The notes below the pieces were generated by a model. It saw only the letters and a list, made by a program, of their open reading frames with translations, had not been told where the DNA came from and searched no databases. From positions 155,975 to 203,766 of the forward strand of contig MFNS01000007.1 of assembly GCA_001783805.1 (NCBI GenBank): a stretch of 47,792 bases of DNA, given 5' to 3'. Of the stretch, positions 11,001 through 18,807 are shown piece after piece (the stretch's first letter is position 1; each line of letters opens with the position of its first letter). The position numbers were made by a program, and so were the translations under genes. Origin of the DNA: Candidatus Levybacteria bacterium RIFCSPHIGHO2_01_FULL_40_16 (GTDB taxonomy: Bacteria > Patescibacteriota > Microgenomatia > Levybacterales > UBA12049).

Positions 11001-11452
11001 GAGAAATAAAAAAGCATTTGAAGGAAATGGAAGGAGCATTGAGTGGTCCGGAAGGATCATTCACTGCCCAGAATGTGGCATACAAACTTATAAAACCATA
11101 TTTTATGATGGCAGAACAATTTGGTAGGGCCAAGATCCCGGGATACAAGCCTATTGCGGAATTTTTAAATATTCCTACCTCCCATCTTCAAAGATTATTT
11201 TCAACAAATGCACCTTCATGGAACGTAAGAGAATTGAGCGTAAATATACGCGATTTGGCTGCTGATGATGGAATCCTCCGAAATGAAAAGATGCCCGGAG
11301 AGAAAAAAAGCCAAGTGAGCCAACTCTTAACGGAGTTTAATGCTCAACCATTTAAAGTCGCATGGAGCGAATTCCTGAATGCTTTAATGATGTGGATGTT
11401 ATTTTCTCTTGCGGCACTTCCATCAAAAATAAAAGACTACGGGAAAAGATAA
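8033..11452 (+). CDS. Large orphan protein (~1140 aa), charged N-terminus and hydrophobic C-terminal helix
   Basis: Long open frame; TTGACA-17-TATTCT (7982-8010) and GGAGA before ATG 8033; no family recognised. Confidence 0.75.
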   Translation: MAENGEGPQAPKQPEGNNAKNPREEKIITPEEKQKINNAWQTHNSLRTSEGEKISVDEMRTQEMLKEKGFMPPLTQEAKDLLKNVDEGLGPSQFTARLERILRENGISQEDINSKNTQELFNILRSSRVPEQNTESQGKQNPVNEGENNHKKEAPEAKAPGDKPKEQKNINAEDDLFSQTPNIPDDEAELERIAKKDLEASGITKSAAEGSKIAQDVLELRKQQLRNTRDFIKGVEMETRAFGKGPAQSLSEIIQGVKTGRINAIDAEPYIQRYAEIAAKQKQDMGEQAGREWREIIGNLESKTGYEKTKALKDVIRKLNPDMTIPDEFFELVAKDDEASEQLVSKIVYKPFATPEAEYSLSFYASINFESFLTVVGNVEENVGSRKSSERRQNYKEQHEMALRLHEANKAIVTQSANIDGLMNIARTITPERLQTGIELDGVEQARQICELAFGRLYANYDRLQAQRYQTEIADWAKETFVSEMPKAGIKSRFEGPDKKLRNLEDWELERAFGLGRNYQATLLRVPELVSWGNIPKPSEEWLRSPTSETLARIIGGFKMLQGRFRSGVTKGGPTYVHLINHDAVKNYKGLSRIGVLDVKKELIPLSLFSAGGFEKGWRPVGSYLNTPFMKIDISRIPEALRQMRSGGGEPERIFKKYLEEQKHNDQSLITNPDKSSTEVNLGEFLVYNTGLLQEELGQDIEIKGIKIPKEITQTDYGKSKLLMEDMFLPLMGFTLKPKKVQEFNAERSRIEKYEAKGLSVKEGEKARKDLFSGHFEKNEKGEDVYEYDYFKYNQKEDQVNFSLGLLLSTGGVSSNIRILIWQKVADIMPLRIAQFLSEEGVKNLPGYEKVKGEKLSDGGTRLFKKDFENKLIRLHMIRMQEQKKVFEVTNQGRRHEALRLSDYFEAAGLTQDERQFVKKLQKLGREKASELAQVDFPHVAFLDDVPFQKSEYGNLGPEVYARRMNDERGYSEARDAAGGVVEHIGGSWGEIKKHLKEMEGALSGPEGSFTAQNVAYKLIKPYFMMAEQFGRAKIPGYKPIAEFLNIPTSHLQRLFSTNAPSWNVRELSVNIRDLAADDGILRNEKMPGEKKSQVSQLLTEFNAQPFKVAWSEFLNALMMWMLFSLAALPSKIKDYGKR

Positions 11453-11455
11453 TTA

Positions 11456-13249
11456 TTATTGAATATTGGGTTCGTTTTCTTTCTTTTTAGTCTCTTTCGC
11501 CGGTATGGCAAATCTACCAATTAACGGCAGTCTTTGTGCTACTTTTTGTCCAGCTAAGAAACTAAAACCAGTCATAACTGGCCCGAATGGGGTAGTAAGT
11601 GTACCCGTGCCCGCGCCGATAGCGGCTCCAATACCAGCTTCGGTCTTGGGAGTTTTGAGGGCGGCTTTGAGGATATTTACGACATTTGGAGTCATTAAAA
11701 TAATTCCAAGACCAATTAGGGATCCAATTAAGCTTGGATTACCGGGATTCCCTATAAGCGGTGGGACAAAATTTTGCGTCCCGGTCGTAGGCGTAGTTCC
11801 AAAGGAGTCCATAAAAACTCTTCCTAGCATAAACATAGCAAGGACTGTCGGAAAAGCCAGTAGATTTGCCCCAATATTCCTGAACCACCCACCAAGACTA
11901 ATCGGACTTCCCGGGACAATTCCGCCAATAATCCAAAATGGCGCTAAGACAACCGCTAACAAAATTTGCACATAAGCCATAAGCAGCGCGAACCAAAGTC
12001 TAAACAAAGCAATCAGAAGCGCAAAGAATATGATTAGATAAACAATAATTATGGGGACAATTTCTCTAAGAAGATATTGAGTAGCAGCAGAAACGACGGC
12101 GCCTGCGCCAAGCGCTCCAATGGTTTTTGCACCAAGAGTAAGAGCGCCTACAAGATCAGATATGAAAGGGGTCCCCCCTTCGGGATTAGGGGTATGCGCA
12201 ATCTTCCAAAACATTGCTGATCCTGCCACCCAGCTTATGAGATCATATATTAAATCGAACGCGTTAAAGCCTACCCCTGTGGTCTTCAAGACGAAGTTAA
12301 AGGGATTAAGCGTTGCATTTAAGCAGTTTAAGGGGCTGTCGCAGTGTTCAACCCCAATAAGATTTTTAAATATATCTGCCACTCCGCGAGATATATTTGC
12401 TGGTATTCCAAAAATTCCTAACGGCGAAATATTGTTAGATGCCGCTAAGGCGTTTTGGCCCTGAATGAGGGATGGATTTAAAGATTGAACATTTACATTG
12501 GGGATTCCGGATATTATTCCATATGACAGGTATATTAAGACCCACATCATGTCGATGAGGAAGCCGGCGATGGCGAAGGAAAAGGTGACTGCCAAAATTC
12601 CGACGATAATTTTGGGAATTTGGTTTTGAATCGTCATGACTGTCCGCGGGTCAATTTTTACCCGCAGCATTATTGCCAGCCCGATGACGACAAAGACGAT
12701 GACTAATAAAAGATAAACAATGTTGCGGAAAGCCGCCCAAATTCCGATGAGGGGCGTCAGGCTTTGGAAGCCTGTTCCGCCTGCGGGTGGCGCGGCAAAA
12801 GCATGTTTGGTAATCCCAAAATTTTGCGCCAGATTTTGGAAATAGTCAGCAGTGTGTAGGGGCGGGGTATAGAGTGTAGCAATCATGTTGCCCATAAAAC
12901 CAATTGCTCCCCCGGTTTGTGGGGAAGGCAGAAAACCGATTTTTCCGGTTGCCTGGTCTGCTCCGAGGCAAGATTGTTTGGGATTGATCGGATCAACTCC
13001 GGCAATCTGGCAGGTTAAAGAGCTCATAACTTCAATCATCACGGTTTGCGTCCAGTTATGCAGATTATTCGGCACGTCGGCATTAGTATTGGATGTGGGA
13101 TGGTTAGTGGTTTGCGTAGCTGTATTTGCATGAGCAGCAGAGGGTAGAAGGTAGAAAATAGAAAGTAGAAAGAGGGAGAAAATTAGAATAATTTGAAATT
13201 TTAGTTTTGATTGAAAATTAAAAATTAAAAATTGAAAATTGGGCAGCAT
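11456..13249 (-). CDS. Polytopic membrane protein, CPR VirB6-like T4SS component
   Basis: WAAFRNIVYLL...IMLRVKIDPRTVMTIQNQIPKII...TFSFAIAGFLID, multiple TMs, GGWFRNI motif. Confidence 0.6.
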   Translation of the reverse strand: MLPNFQFLIFNFQSKLKFQIILIFSLFLLSIFYLLPSAAHANTATQTTNHPTSNTNADVPNNLHNWTQTVMIEVMSSLTCQIAGVDPINPKQSCLGADQATGKIGFLPSPQTGGAIGFMGNMIATLYTPPLHTADYFQNLAQNFGITKHAFAAPPAGGTGFQSLTPLIGIWAAFRNIVYLLLVIVFVVIGLAIMLRVKIDPRTVMTIQNQIPKIIVGILAVTFSFAIAGFLIDMMWVLIYLSYGIISGIPNVNVQSLNPSLIQGQNALAASNNISPLGIFGIPANISRGVADIFKNLIGVEHCDSPLNCLNATLNPFNFVLKTTGVGFNAFDLIYDLISWVAGSAMFWKIAHTPNPEGGTPFISDLVGALTLGAKTIGALGAGAVVSAATQYLLREIVPIIIVYLIIFFALLIALFRLWFALLMAYVQILLAVVLAPFWIIGGIVPGSPISLGGWFRNIGANLLAFPTVLAMFMLGRVFMDSFGTTPTTGTQNFVPPLIGNPGNPSLIGSLIGLGIILMTPNVVNILKAALKTPKTEAGIGAAIGAGTGTLTTPFGPVMTGFSFLAGQKVAQRLPLIGRFAIPAKETKKKENEPNIQ

Positions 13250-13310
13250 GCTCCATATAGTTTGTCTTATTTTGTGTTTTATGTCAAGTTGAAGTAAAAT
13301 ACAAAGGCCT

Positions 13311-13384
13311 GTGCCTGTAGCTTAATGGATACCCGCCGACGCTGAAGCTTTGGCGGGCAGGGAGCATTCAGATTGCCTGGCACG
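13311..13384 (+). pseudogene. tRNA-Arg-like relic with a palindromic insertion in the D-arm
   Basis: gtgcctg-tagcttaatggata, a 30-nt hairpin insert, then gagca; anticodon and T arms missing; ends ggcac. Confidence 0.65.
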
Positions 13385-13388
13385 TTAA

Positions 13389-13461
13389 GTCCTTGTAGCT
13401 TAATGGATAGAGCATTGGGTTGCGAACCCAACGATTGGGAGTTCGAATCTCCCCGAGGACA
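13389..13461 (+). tRNA. tRNA-Arg (anticodon GCG)
   Basis: Acceptor gtccttg/cgaggac, anticodon arm ttggg-ttGCGaa-cccaa, T-loop gttcgaatc. Confidence 0.95.
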
Positions 13462-13496
13462 CATAAAGACTTTTACGTGCCGGAGCTGCGGGCATT

Positions 13497-13581
13497 GGAG
13501 GATTCGCATAGTGGTCAATTGCACGAGTTTCGAAAACTCGAGGGAGCAATCCCTACACAGGTTCGAATCCTGTATCCTCCG
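13497..13581 (+). tRNA. tRNA-Ser (CGA)
   Basis: cgagt-ttCGAaa-actcg, long variable arm, gttcgaatc, G discriminator. Confidence 0.95.
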
Positions 13582-13586
13582 CCCTT

Positions 13587-13662
13587 GTCCTCGTAGTTCA
13601 ACTGGATAGACCTGCCCGCCATCCCGATTTAATCGGGAAGGCAAATGCAGGCGGGGCGTCAG
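13587..13662 (+). pseudogene. 5' half of a tRNA-Arg-like gene interrupted by a nested palindrome
   Basis: gtcctcgtagttcaactggataga, a 45-nt insert (13611-13655), then gcgtcag, abutting the next tRNA. Confidence 0.65.
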
Positions 13663-13736
13663 GTTCTTGTAGCTTAATTGGATAGAGCACTGGGTTCCGA
13701 ACCCAGCGATTGGGAGTTCGAATCTCCCCAAGAACA
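13663..13736 (+). tRNA. tRNA-Arg (CCG)
   Basis: gttcttg/caagaac, ctggg-ttCCGaa-cccag, gttcgaatc. Confidence 0.95.
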
Positions 13737-13756
13737 CATTTGACAATTTAACGTTT

Positions 13757-14173
13757 ATGAAAATTCAATTTTCAGCAGGGGGGATAGTGTTTAAAAGAAT
13801 CGGCGATAAAACAGAAATTCTGGTTTCGCAGCATTCCCAGCACCACGGTTGGGTTTTCCCCAAAGGATTAATTGGAGACCATGTTGAAAAAGAAAACAAA
13901 GAAGAAACGGCGCTAAGGGAAGTAAAAGAAGAAGCAGGAGTAAACGGAAAAATTACACGAGCCTTGAATCCGATTACTTATTGGTTCGTTATGGATAGTG
14001 AAAAAATCAGAAAAACTGTTTATTATTTTCTAATGGAATATGTGAATGGAGATATTTCCAAACATGATCATGAAATGGAAGCAGTTGTTTGGTTGCCGAA
14101 AGAAAAAGTTGAAGAAAGATTGACCTATGAATCTGATAAAACTGTCTGGAAAGAAGCCAAAAATCTAATTTAA
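13757..14173 (+). CDS. NUDIX hydrolase
   Basis: FSAGG, WVFPKG, and Nudix box ETALREVKEEAG. Confidence 0.9.
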   Translation: MKIQFSAGGIVFKRIGDKTEILVSQHSQHHGWVFPKGLIGDHVEKENKEETALREVKEEAGVNGKITRALNPITYWFVMDSEKIRKTVYYFLMEYVNGDISKHDHEMEAVVWLPKEKVEERLTYESDKTVWKEAKNLI

Positions 14174-14177
14174 ACAA

Positions 14178-14267
14178 GGAGGGATCGCATAGTGGTCGAG
14201 TGCGTACGCTTGGAAAGCGTATATGTCCGAAAGGATATCGGGGGTTCGAATCCCCCTCCCTCCGCCA
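14178..14267 (+). tRNA. tRNA-Ser (GGA)
   Basis: tacgc-ttGGAaa-gcgta, long variable arm, encoded CCA. Confidence 0.95.
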
Positions 14268-14273
14268 GTTTTT

Positions 14274-14912
14274 TTAACTTGTAGTTTTTTCCAGAGGGAA
14301 GTTTTTTTCAAGCCAAAGACCTGATTTTTCCATAAAATTTTGTCTGATGACCTCTCTGTAAGGCAGATAGGAGAGAAGAGCGGATTTAATGTGCTCGCGG
14401 TCGATATTACCCAAAGTTAGTGTTAGTTCTCCGGGAATAAACGAATGAGTCCGGATATGGACCACATCAACGCCTTCTTTCTTTTTAAAATAAAAATCAT
14501 ATAATTCCTGCCAGAGAAAAAAATGATCCTCAACTGTCACTCCTTCACTGGAAATTCGATATTTAAAATCAGACGGTGCAATCGAAGCTAGGGCAAAAGC
14601 GACAAAAAGCAGAGATAAAACTACCAGCATGAGCATATATTGGGAAAAAAGAAACAAAATCACTTCAATTAAGAGCATGATTAAGAGACCGGTTAAGTAG
14701 TATTGTTTACTTCTTTTTCGGAAGGGTCTTCCGGGAGCGCTCCATTCCAAAATCGTCTCAACCGTATTCTGATGCGCTTGAGGCTTGTTTAATTCCAAAG
14801 GTTCTTTGGGTAAACCTTGCCTGCCGGCAGGCAGGTCCAGCGGTTCCTTCGGAAGCATTTTTTCTCCCGCCTCAGCGGGATCCCGCATTTGCGGTGATTC
14901 TTGGGTAGCCAT
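14274..14912 (-). CDS. Conserved CPR membrane protein (2 TM plus PH-like C-terminus)
   Basis: LEWSAPGRPF, 2 TM, YRISSEGV..DHFFLWQEL; contains an LPAGRQG palindrome insert. Confidence 0.7.
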   Translation of the reverse strand: MATQESPQMRDPAEAGEKMLPKEPLDLPAGRQGLPKEPLELNKPQAHQNTVETILEWSAPGRPFRKRSKQYYLTGLLIMLLIEVILFLFSQYMLMLVVLSLLFVAFALASIAPSDFKYRISSEGVTVEDHFFLWQELYDFYFKKKEGVDVVHIRTHSFIPGELTLTLGNIDREHIKSALLSYLPYREVIRQNFMEKSGLWLEKNFPLEKTTS

Positions 14913-14956
14913 ATCTTTACTTTATATTAAAAGAAGATGTTAGTCAACGGAGCTAG

Positions 14957-15043
14957 CGGAGAGGGCGAGATTCGAACTCGCGAAGAACTTTCATTCTTAG
15001 ATGTTTTCAAGACATCCGCTCTAGTCCACTAAGCGACCTCTCC
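14957..15043 (-). tRNA. tRNA-Ser (TGA)
   Basis: Minus strand gatgt-ctTGAaa-acatc, long variable arm, gttcgaatc. Confidence 0.95.
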
Positions 15044-15091
15044 AAGGATTGAATTTGAGTATATCAAAATAAGAGGATAACAACAATTTGC

Positions 15092-15595
15092 TTAGACTTT
15101 TAGAAAATAGCCCACAGCAACCCCGATAATCGTCGCGATCGAGCCGATGATAAGCAATTCAATTGCGCTTCGTAAGGGTTTATGTTCTACCAGCTGCCCT
15201 TTAACGTAGCCGATAATAAAAAGGCCCAGAAACGAAAAGACTATTGCTATGTCTCTGGCAATCGGCTGATCAAAAATTACTGTCGGAATAATCGAAAAAG
15301 ATCCGCCAATTAAATATGAAATAAACATGATTAATGCGCCAACATAAAGACTATCGGTATGTTTTCCGTTTTTATCCATTTGATGTACTGCTTTTTCGCT
15401 GGAATATTGTCCGGCAGCCATTGAGGACGCTTCAACCATGACCGCAACTATTGCCGCTAGAACGATAATTTCCTTATTGCTAACTCCTGTAGAAATTCCT
15501 ACCACGACCCCGGTGGTTGAAACAATTCCATCTTGAAGGCCAAACATTAAGGACCGAAGATAATCTTCATGTAGAAATTCTTTGATTTTTTTCAT
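15092..15595 (-). CDS. VIT1/CCC1 family Fe/Mn transporter
   Basis: FGLQDGIVST and EASSMAAGQYSS motifs, 5 TM. Confidence 0.9.
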   Translation of the reverse strand: MKKIKEFLHEDYLRSLMFGLQDGIVSTTGVVVGISTGVSNKEIIVLAAIVAVMVEASSMAAGQYSSEKAVHQMDKNGKHTDSLYVGALIMFISYLIGGSFSIIPTVIFDQPIARDIAIVFSFLGLFIIGYVKGQLVEHKPLRSAIELLIIGSIATIIGVAVGYFLKV

Positions 15596-15611
15596 AAGTA
15601 TTTTTAATGAA

Positions 15612-15848
15612 TCAAATTAAATGTCTTCTTAGGAATGCTCTCCCCGATCCTGATTTTAAATATTTTTCAAATTTAAAAGCCGTATATCTATTTTTAAAAG
15701 CAAAATATCCTATTAAAATCACTGGCAATCTAGATTTAGTTGCAGAGATGTTTCCCTTATTATGTCTAGCCACTCTTTCTTTTAGATCATCCGTGCAACC
15801 AATATAAGTCTTCTTATCTGAACATATTAGCAAATAAACATAGTGCAT
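15612..15848 (-). CDS. Stand-alone GIY-YIG nuclease (78 aa)
   Basis: YVY-x9-YIG, TDDLKERVARHN, ATKSRLP, FEKYLKSGSGR. Confidence 0.92.
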   Translation of the reverse strand: MHYVYLLICSDKKTYIGCTDDLKERVARHNKGNISATKSRLPVILIGYFAFKNRYTAFKFEKYLKSGSGRAFLRRHLI

Positions 15849-15855
15849 ATTTTTA

Positions 15856-15935
15856 GGCGGACTGCGTCTCGCCGTAGCTAAGCCGAATCCCGCCTTCGTT
15901 CTGCAAAGCAGAACTTCGGCGAGGCAAAGGCGGAG
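15856..15935. repeat. Nested CTTCG/CGTAG hairpins linking the tRNA-Ser 3' end to the GIY-YIG gene
   Basis: Inner cccgccttcg-ttctgc-aaa-gcagaa-cttcggcgagg (15889-15924); outer ctcgccgtagc...gcaaaggcggag overlaps the tRNA end. Confidence 0.75.
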
Positions 15936-16018
15936 GAGACAGGATTCGAACCTGCGTGAGCCTTTCGGCTCAGAGCTTTAGCAAAGCTCCGCAATTGACC
16001 GGACTATGCGACTCCTCC
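15931..16018 (-). tRNA. tRNA-Ser (GCT)
   Basis: Minus strand gagct-ttGCTaa-agctc, long variable arm, gttcgaatc. Confidence 0.95.
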
Positions 16019-16065
16019 AGAGCTTCATTATACCTTATTACTGGCTATTTTGCTAAACTGAACTC

Positions 16066-16800
16066 GTGGGATTATTGGATTTTTTCTTTCCCAAACATTG
16101 TGTGAATTGCCGGAAAATAGGGGATTACATTTGCGCCAACTGTTTTTCTTTTATCTCCTTTGATGTTTCCATGATTTGTTTGGTCTGCAACAAGGGTTCA
16201 ATTGACGGGTTAACTCATCCGGGGTGCCGGGGAAAATATACGATTGACGGGGCGTTTGCGGGAGTTAGTTACAAGAGAACTATTAAAAAATTAATTTATA
16301 ATTTTAAATACAAGCCTTACCTCGCCGACTTGAGAAGCGTTTTAACAGACCTTTTTTGCGAATCGCTTATTCAGCAGGAACTTTTTCAAAAAGCTCTCGG
16401 ATTTTCACCGATTCTGGTGCCGATTCCGCTTTACTCAAAAAGATTGCGAAAAAGAGGTTATAATCACGCAAAGCTATTGACAGAAGGCTTATCAAAAAAA
16501 CTTAATCTTAAAATGGTTGAGGTCTTGCAAAGAACCAAAGAAACCAAGTCTCAATTCGGATTAACCCTCAAAGAAAGAAAAGAAAACATCAAGGACGCTT
16601 TTACTCTTGCTCCAAATATCCCCGCCTTCGCCAAGGCTTCCACCTTCGCAAATGCTTCGGCGGACAGGTCGGCGGGCAAGGCCAATATCCTCCTCGTCGA
16701 CGATATCTTAACCACCGGCTCAACTCTTTTGGAAGCGGCCAAAATGCTTAAGAAAAGCGGAGTGAAAAAAGTCTGGGGATTAACTCTGGCAAGAGATTAA
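16066..16800 (+). CDS. comF: ComF-family phosphoribosyltransferase-like competence protein
   Basis: Double Zn-ribbon N-terminus, RGYNHA, ERKENI, LLVDDILTTGSTL; in-frame palindrome insert before the PRT motif. Confidence 0.9.
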   Translation: MGLLDFFFPKHCVNCRKIGDYICANCFSFISFDVSMICLVCNKGSIDGLTHPGCRGKYTIDGAFAGVSYKRTIKKLIYNFKYKPYLADLRSVLTDLFCESLIQQELFQKALGFSPILVPIPLYSKRLRKRGYNHAKLLTEGLSKKLNLKMVEVLQRTKETKSQFGLTLKERKENIKDAFTLAPNIPAFAKASTFANASADRSAGKANILLVDDILTTGSTLLEAAKMLKKSGVKKVWGLTLARD

Positions 16801-16865
16801 TTTATTCGTTGCTAGACCAAGCTTGTAATCGTAAGGCAACTTGCTATAAAATAGGTGGGATCTTT

Positions 16866-17909
16866 ATGGTTTCATATAAATTGCTTTCAAATAGCATTCT
16901 CTTTTTGGATGATTTGGAAAAAGAAATTGAAAGGGCAAAATTAAGTATTGATTTGCAATTTTTTACCTTTGAAGCAGATACGGTTGGCAACCGTGTAGCC
17001 AAAGCCTTGTTTAGAGCAAAACTCCGGGGAGTAAAGATAAGATTTATCATTGATCATTTTATTGACCTTTTCCATAATGATTATTTTATTCATCGGCCAA
17101 GGTTAAATAGGGTCTTGCAGAGAATCATTACCGGCGAATGGAAAAATACAAAAAAGCTGCTTGAATTAATGGGAAAACAAGGCATTGAAATAAAACGCAC
17201 CAATCCCCTGGGCTTTTTACGAAGAAGAGCATTTCACAGAAATCATAAAAAAATTGTGATTATAGACAGGAAAGATCTTAAACAAGCGCTAGCATATATC
17301 GGGGGTTGTAATCTTTCGGAACATAACGCATCCTGGAATGATTTTATGGTAAAAATGAAAGGAGATATGGTTCCTGTTTTGCAAAATGATTTTAATGCGA
17401 CTTGGCGGGATAAAGATATTAATGGCAAAGTTGAATTTAGTGATGGCGTGGTCATGACTGATTCTTCCAAGGGAAAGCATGAAATTATGCCCTACGTCAT
17501 CAATTTAATTAATAATTCTAAAAAACGTATCGTAATAGAATCGCCGTACTTACGCGGCAAACATATTTGGGAAAGCTTGATTGAGGCTTCCCGGCATGGA
17601 GTTGATGCGCGCATCATTGTCCCGCTGCATAATAATCATAAAAGGTTAGGCGCTCCGACCGGCAGGTCTTTGAAAAAACTGATTGAGAATGGCGTCAGGG
17701 TTTACCGGTTTAAGGAAAATGGAGGAATGACGCATGCCAAAGCACTGTTGGTAGATGATATTACGATGTTTGGTTCAAGCAATCTAAGCGAATTCTTAGC
17801 CAAAAGACTTTGCGAAATAAACATTGCGTCCCATAACAAAAGCATGATAAAACAAATGCAAAAAAAACTTGACGAGGATATGAGAATGTCAATACTGCAG
17901 AATAAGTAA
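16866..17909 (+). CDS. Phospholipase D / cardiolipin-synthase-like protein
   Basis: Two HKD motifs (HKKIVIID, HAKALLVD) with GGCN and GSSN. Confidence 0.88.
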   Translation: MVSYKLLSNSILFLDDLEKEIERAKLSIDLQFFTFEADTVGNRVAKALFRAKLRGVKIRFIIDHFIDLFHNDYFIHRPRLNRVLQRIITGEWKNTKKLLELMGKQGIEIKRTNPLGFLRRRAFHRNHKKIVIIDRKDLKQALAYIGGCNLSEHNASWNDFMVKMKGDMVPVLQNDFNATWRDKDINGKVEFSDGVVMTDSSKGKHEIMPYVINLINNSKKRIVIESPYLRGKHIWESLIEASRHGVDARIIVPLHNNHKRLGAPTGRSLKKLIENGVRVYRFKENGGMTHAKALLVDDITMFGSSNLSEFLAKRLCEINIASHNKSMIKQMQKKLDEDMRMSILQNK

Positions 17910-17926
17910 GGCGTGTAACTTCAAAA

Positions 17927-18766
17927 CTATTTCAACGCATTTTTGATTATTTCAGCGCTTTGACAAAGTTTATTTAAATCCGCATTGATCTCCATGGTAA
18001 TTAATCCTTGATAATTTTCTTCTTTTAAAGTTTCGAGGAGCTTGTCTATCGGTAATTCTCCCTCGTTTAAAGAAAGATGCGTGCCATTGGCTAAAAGCAG
18101 TTTTTTATTAAGCCAATGTCTCTTATAATCGCTGATATGGATATTCACAATTTTTTCTTTATTTTTTTTGTAAAACTCACAAATATCTCCCTTTGTTTGC
18201 GCTAAATGTGTCGTATCTAAAGTCATGGAAAGTCCTGCATTATTAACAACGGAAGAAAATTCATTGGTATTGTAAGTATAGGTTTTAAATATTGAGAAAG
18301 GGCTTTTTGGCATATTTTCAATTCCGAACTTAATCCCGTGTTTTTCTTGTAGATTTTTAAGCTCCTGAATAAATTCTTTATCAAATAATTTATTGCCTAT
18401 TGCATCTGAATGGAGAGTTATGATGCCCGCTGGAAAATTATTAGCGATATCGCACAATCTTTGTATCTCCGAAAGTGCAATGTTAAAAACATTATTATTA
18501 GATTGATGGACGCTAAGGATGGACATATTGTGTTCTTTTACGATATTTTTAATCTCCTTAATATCGTTTCCAGAGATAATGTTAGAGACACGTAATTCAA
18601 AACCGTCAACACCGGCTTTTTTAAGCGATTGCAGAATGTGGTCGATGGATTGCGCTTTGTACATCCGGTGTTTTTCATCTGCGATAACTAAATTATTAAG
18701 TTTATCGAGTAGCGTTTCCCTTGCTGGAATTAAGGCCGAAAAAGCAACGTACAAACAAATTTTCAT
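17927..18766 (-). CDS. Xylose-isomerase-like TIM barrel (sugar phosphate isomerase/epimerase)
   Basis: GIENMP, LDTTH, IHISD, GEL, ITMEI metal-binding pattern. Confidence 0.85.
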   Translation of the reverse strand: MKICLYVAFSALIPARETLLDKLNNLVIADEKHRMYKAQSIDHILQSLKKAGVDGFELRVSNIISGNDIKEIKNIVKEHNMSILSVHQSNNNVFNIALSEIQRLCDIANNFPAGIITLHSDAIGNKLFDKEFIQELKNLQEKHGIKFGIENMPKSPFSIFKTYTYNTNEFSSVVNNAGLSMTLDTTHLAQTKGDICEFYKKNKEKIVNIHISDYKRHWLNKKLLLANGTHLSLNEGELPIDKLLETLKEENYQGLITMEINADLNKLCQSAEIIKNALK

Positions 18767-18784
18767 ATCGCATTATTTTACCAC

Positions 18785-18807
18785 AAAAAACCCCGCCTCG
18801 CGGCGGG
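18785..18807 (-). terminator. Intrinsic terminator downstream of ssrA/GIY-YIG
   Basis: Minus strand cccgcc-gcga-ggcgggg followed by tttttt. Confidence 0.7.

Noticed and set aside
1-13249. Integrative conjugative element or prophage
   Set aside because: No integrase, relaxase, att sites or phage structural genes; the T4SS-like genes are interleaved with housekeeping genes.
13311-13662. Intron-containing, split or permuted tRNAs
   Set aside because: Removing the inserts does not restore a cloverleaf (anticodon and T arms are missing), and I saw no matching 3' halves in the window, so they are treated as relics.
13279-13746. ORFs 13279-13746(-) and 13373-13609(+)
   Set aside because: They overlap intact tRNA genes and are shadow frames.
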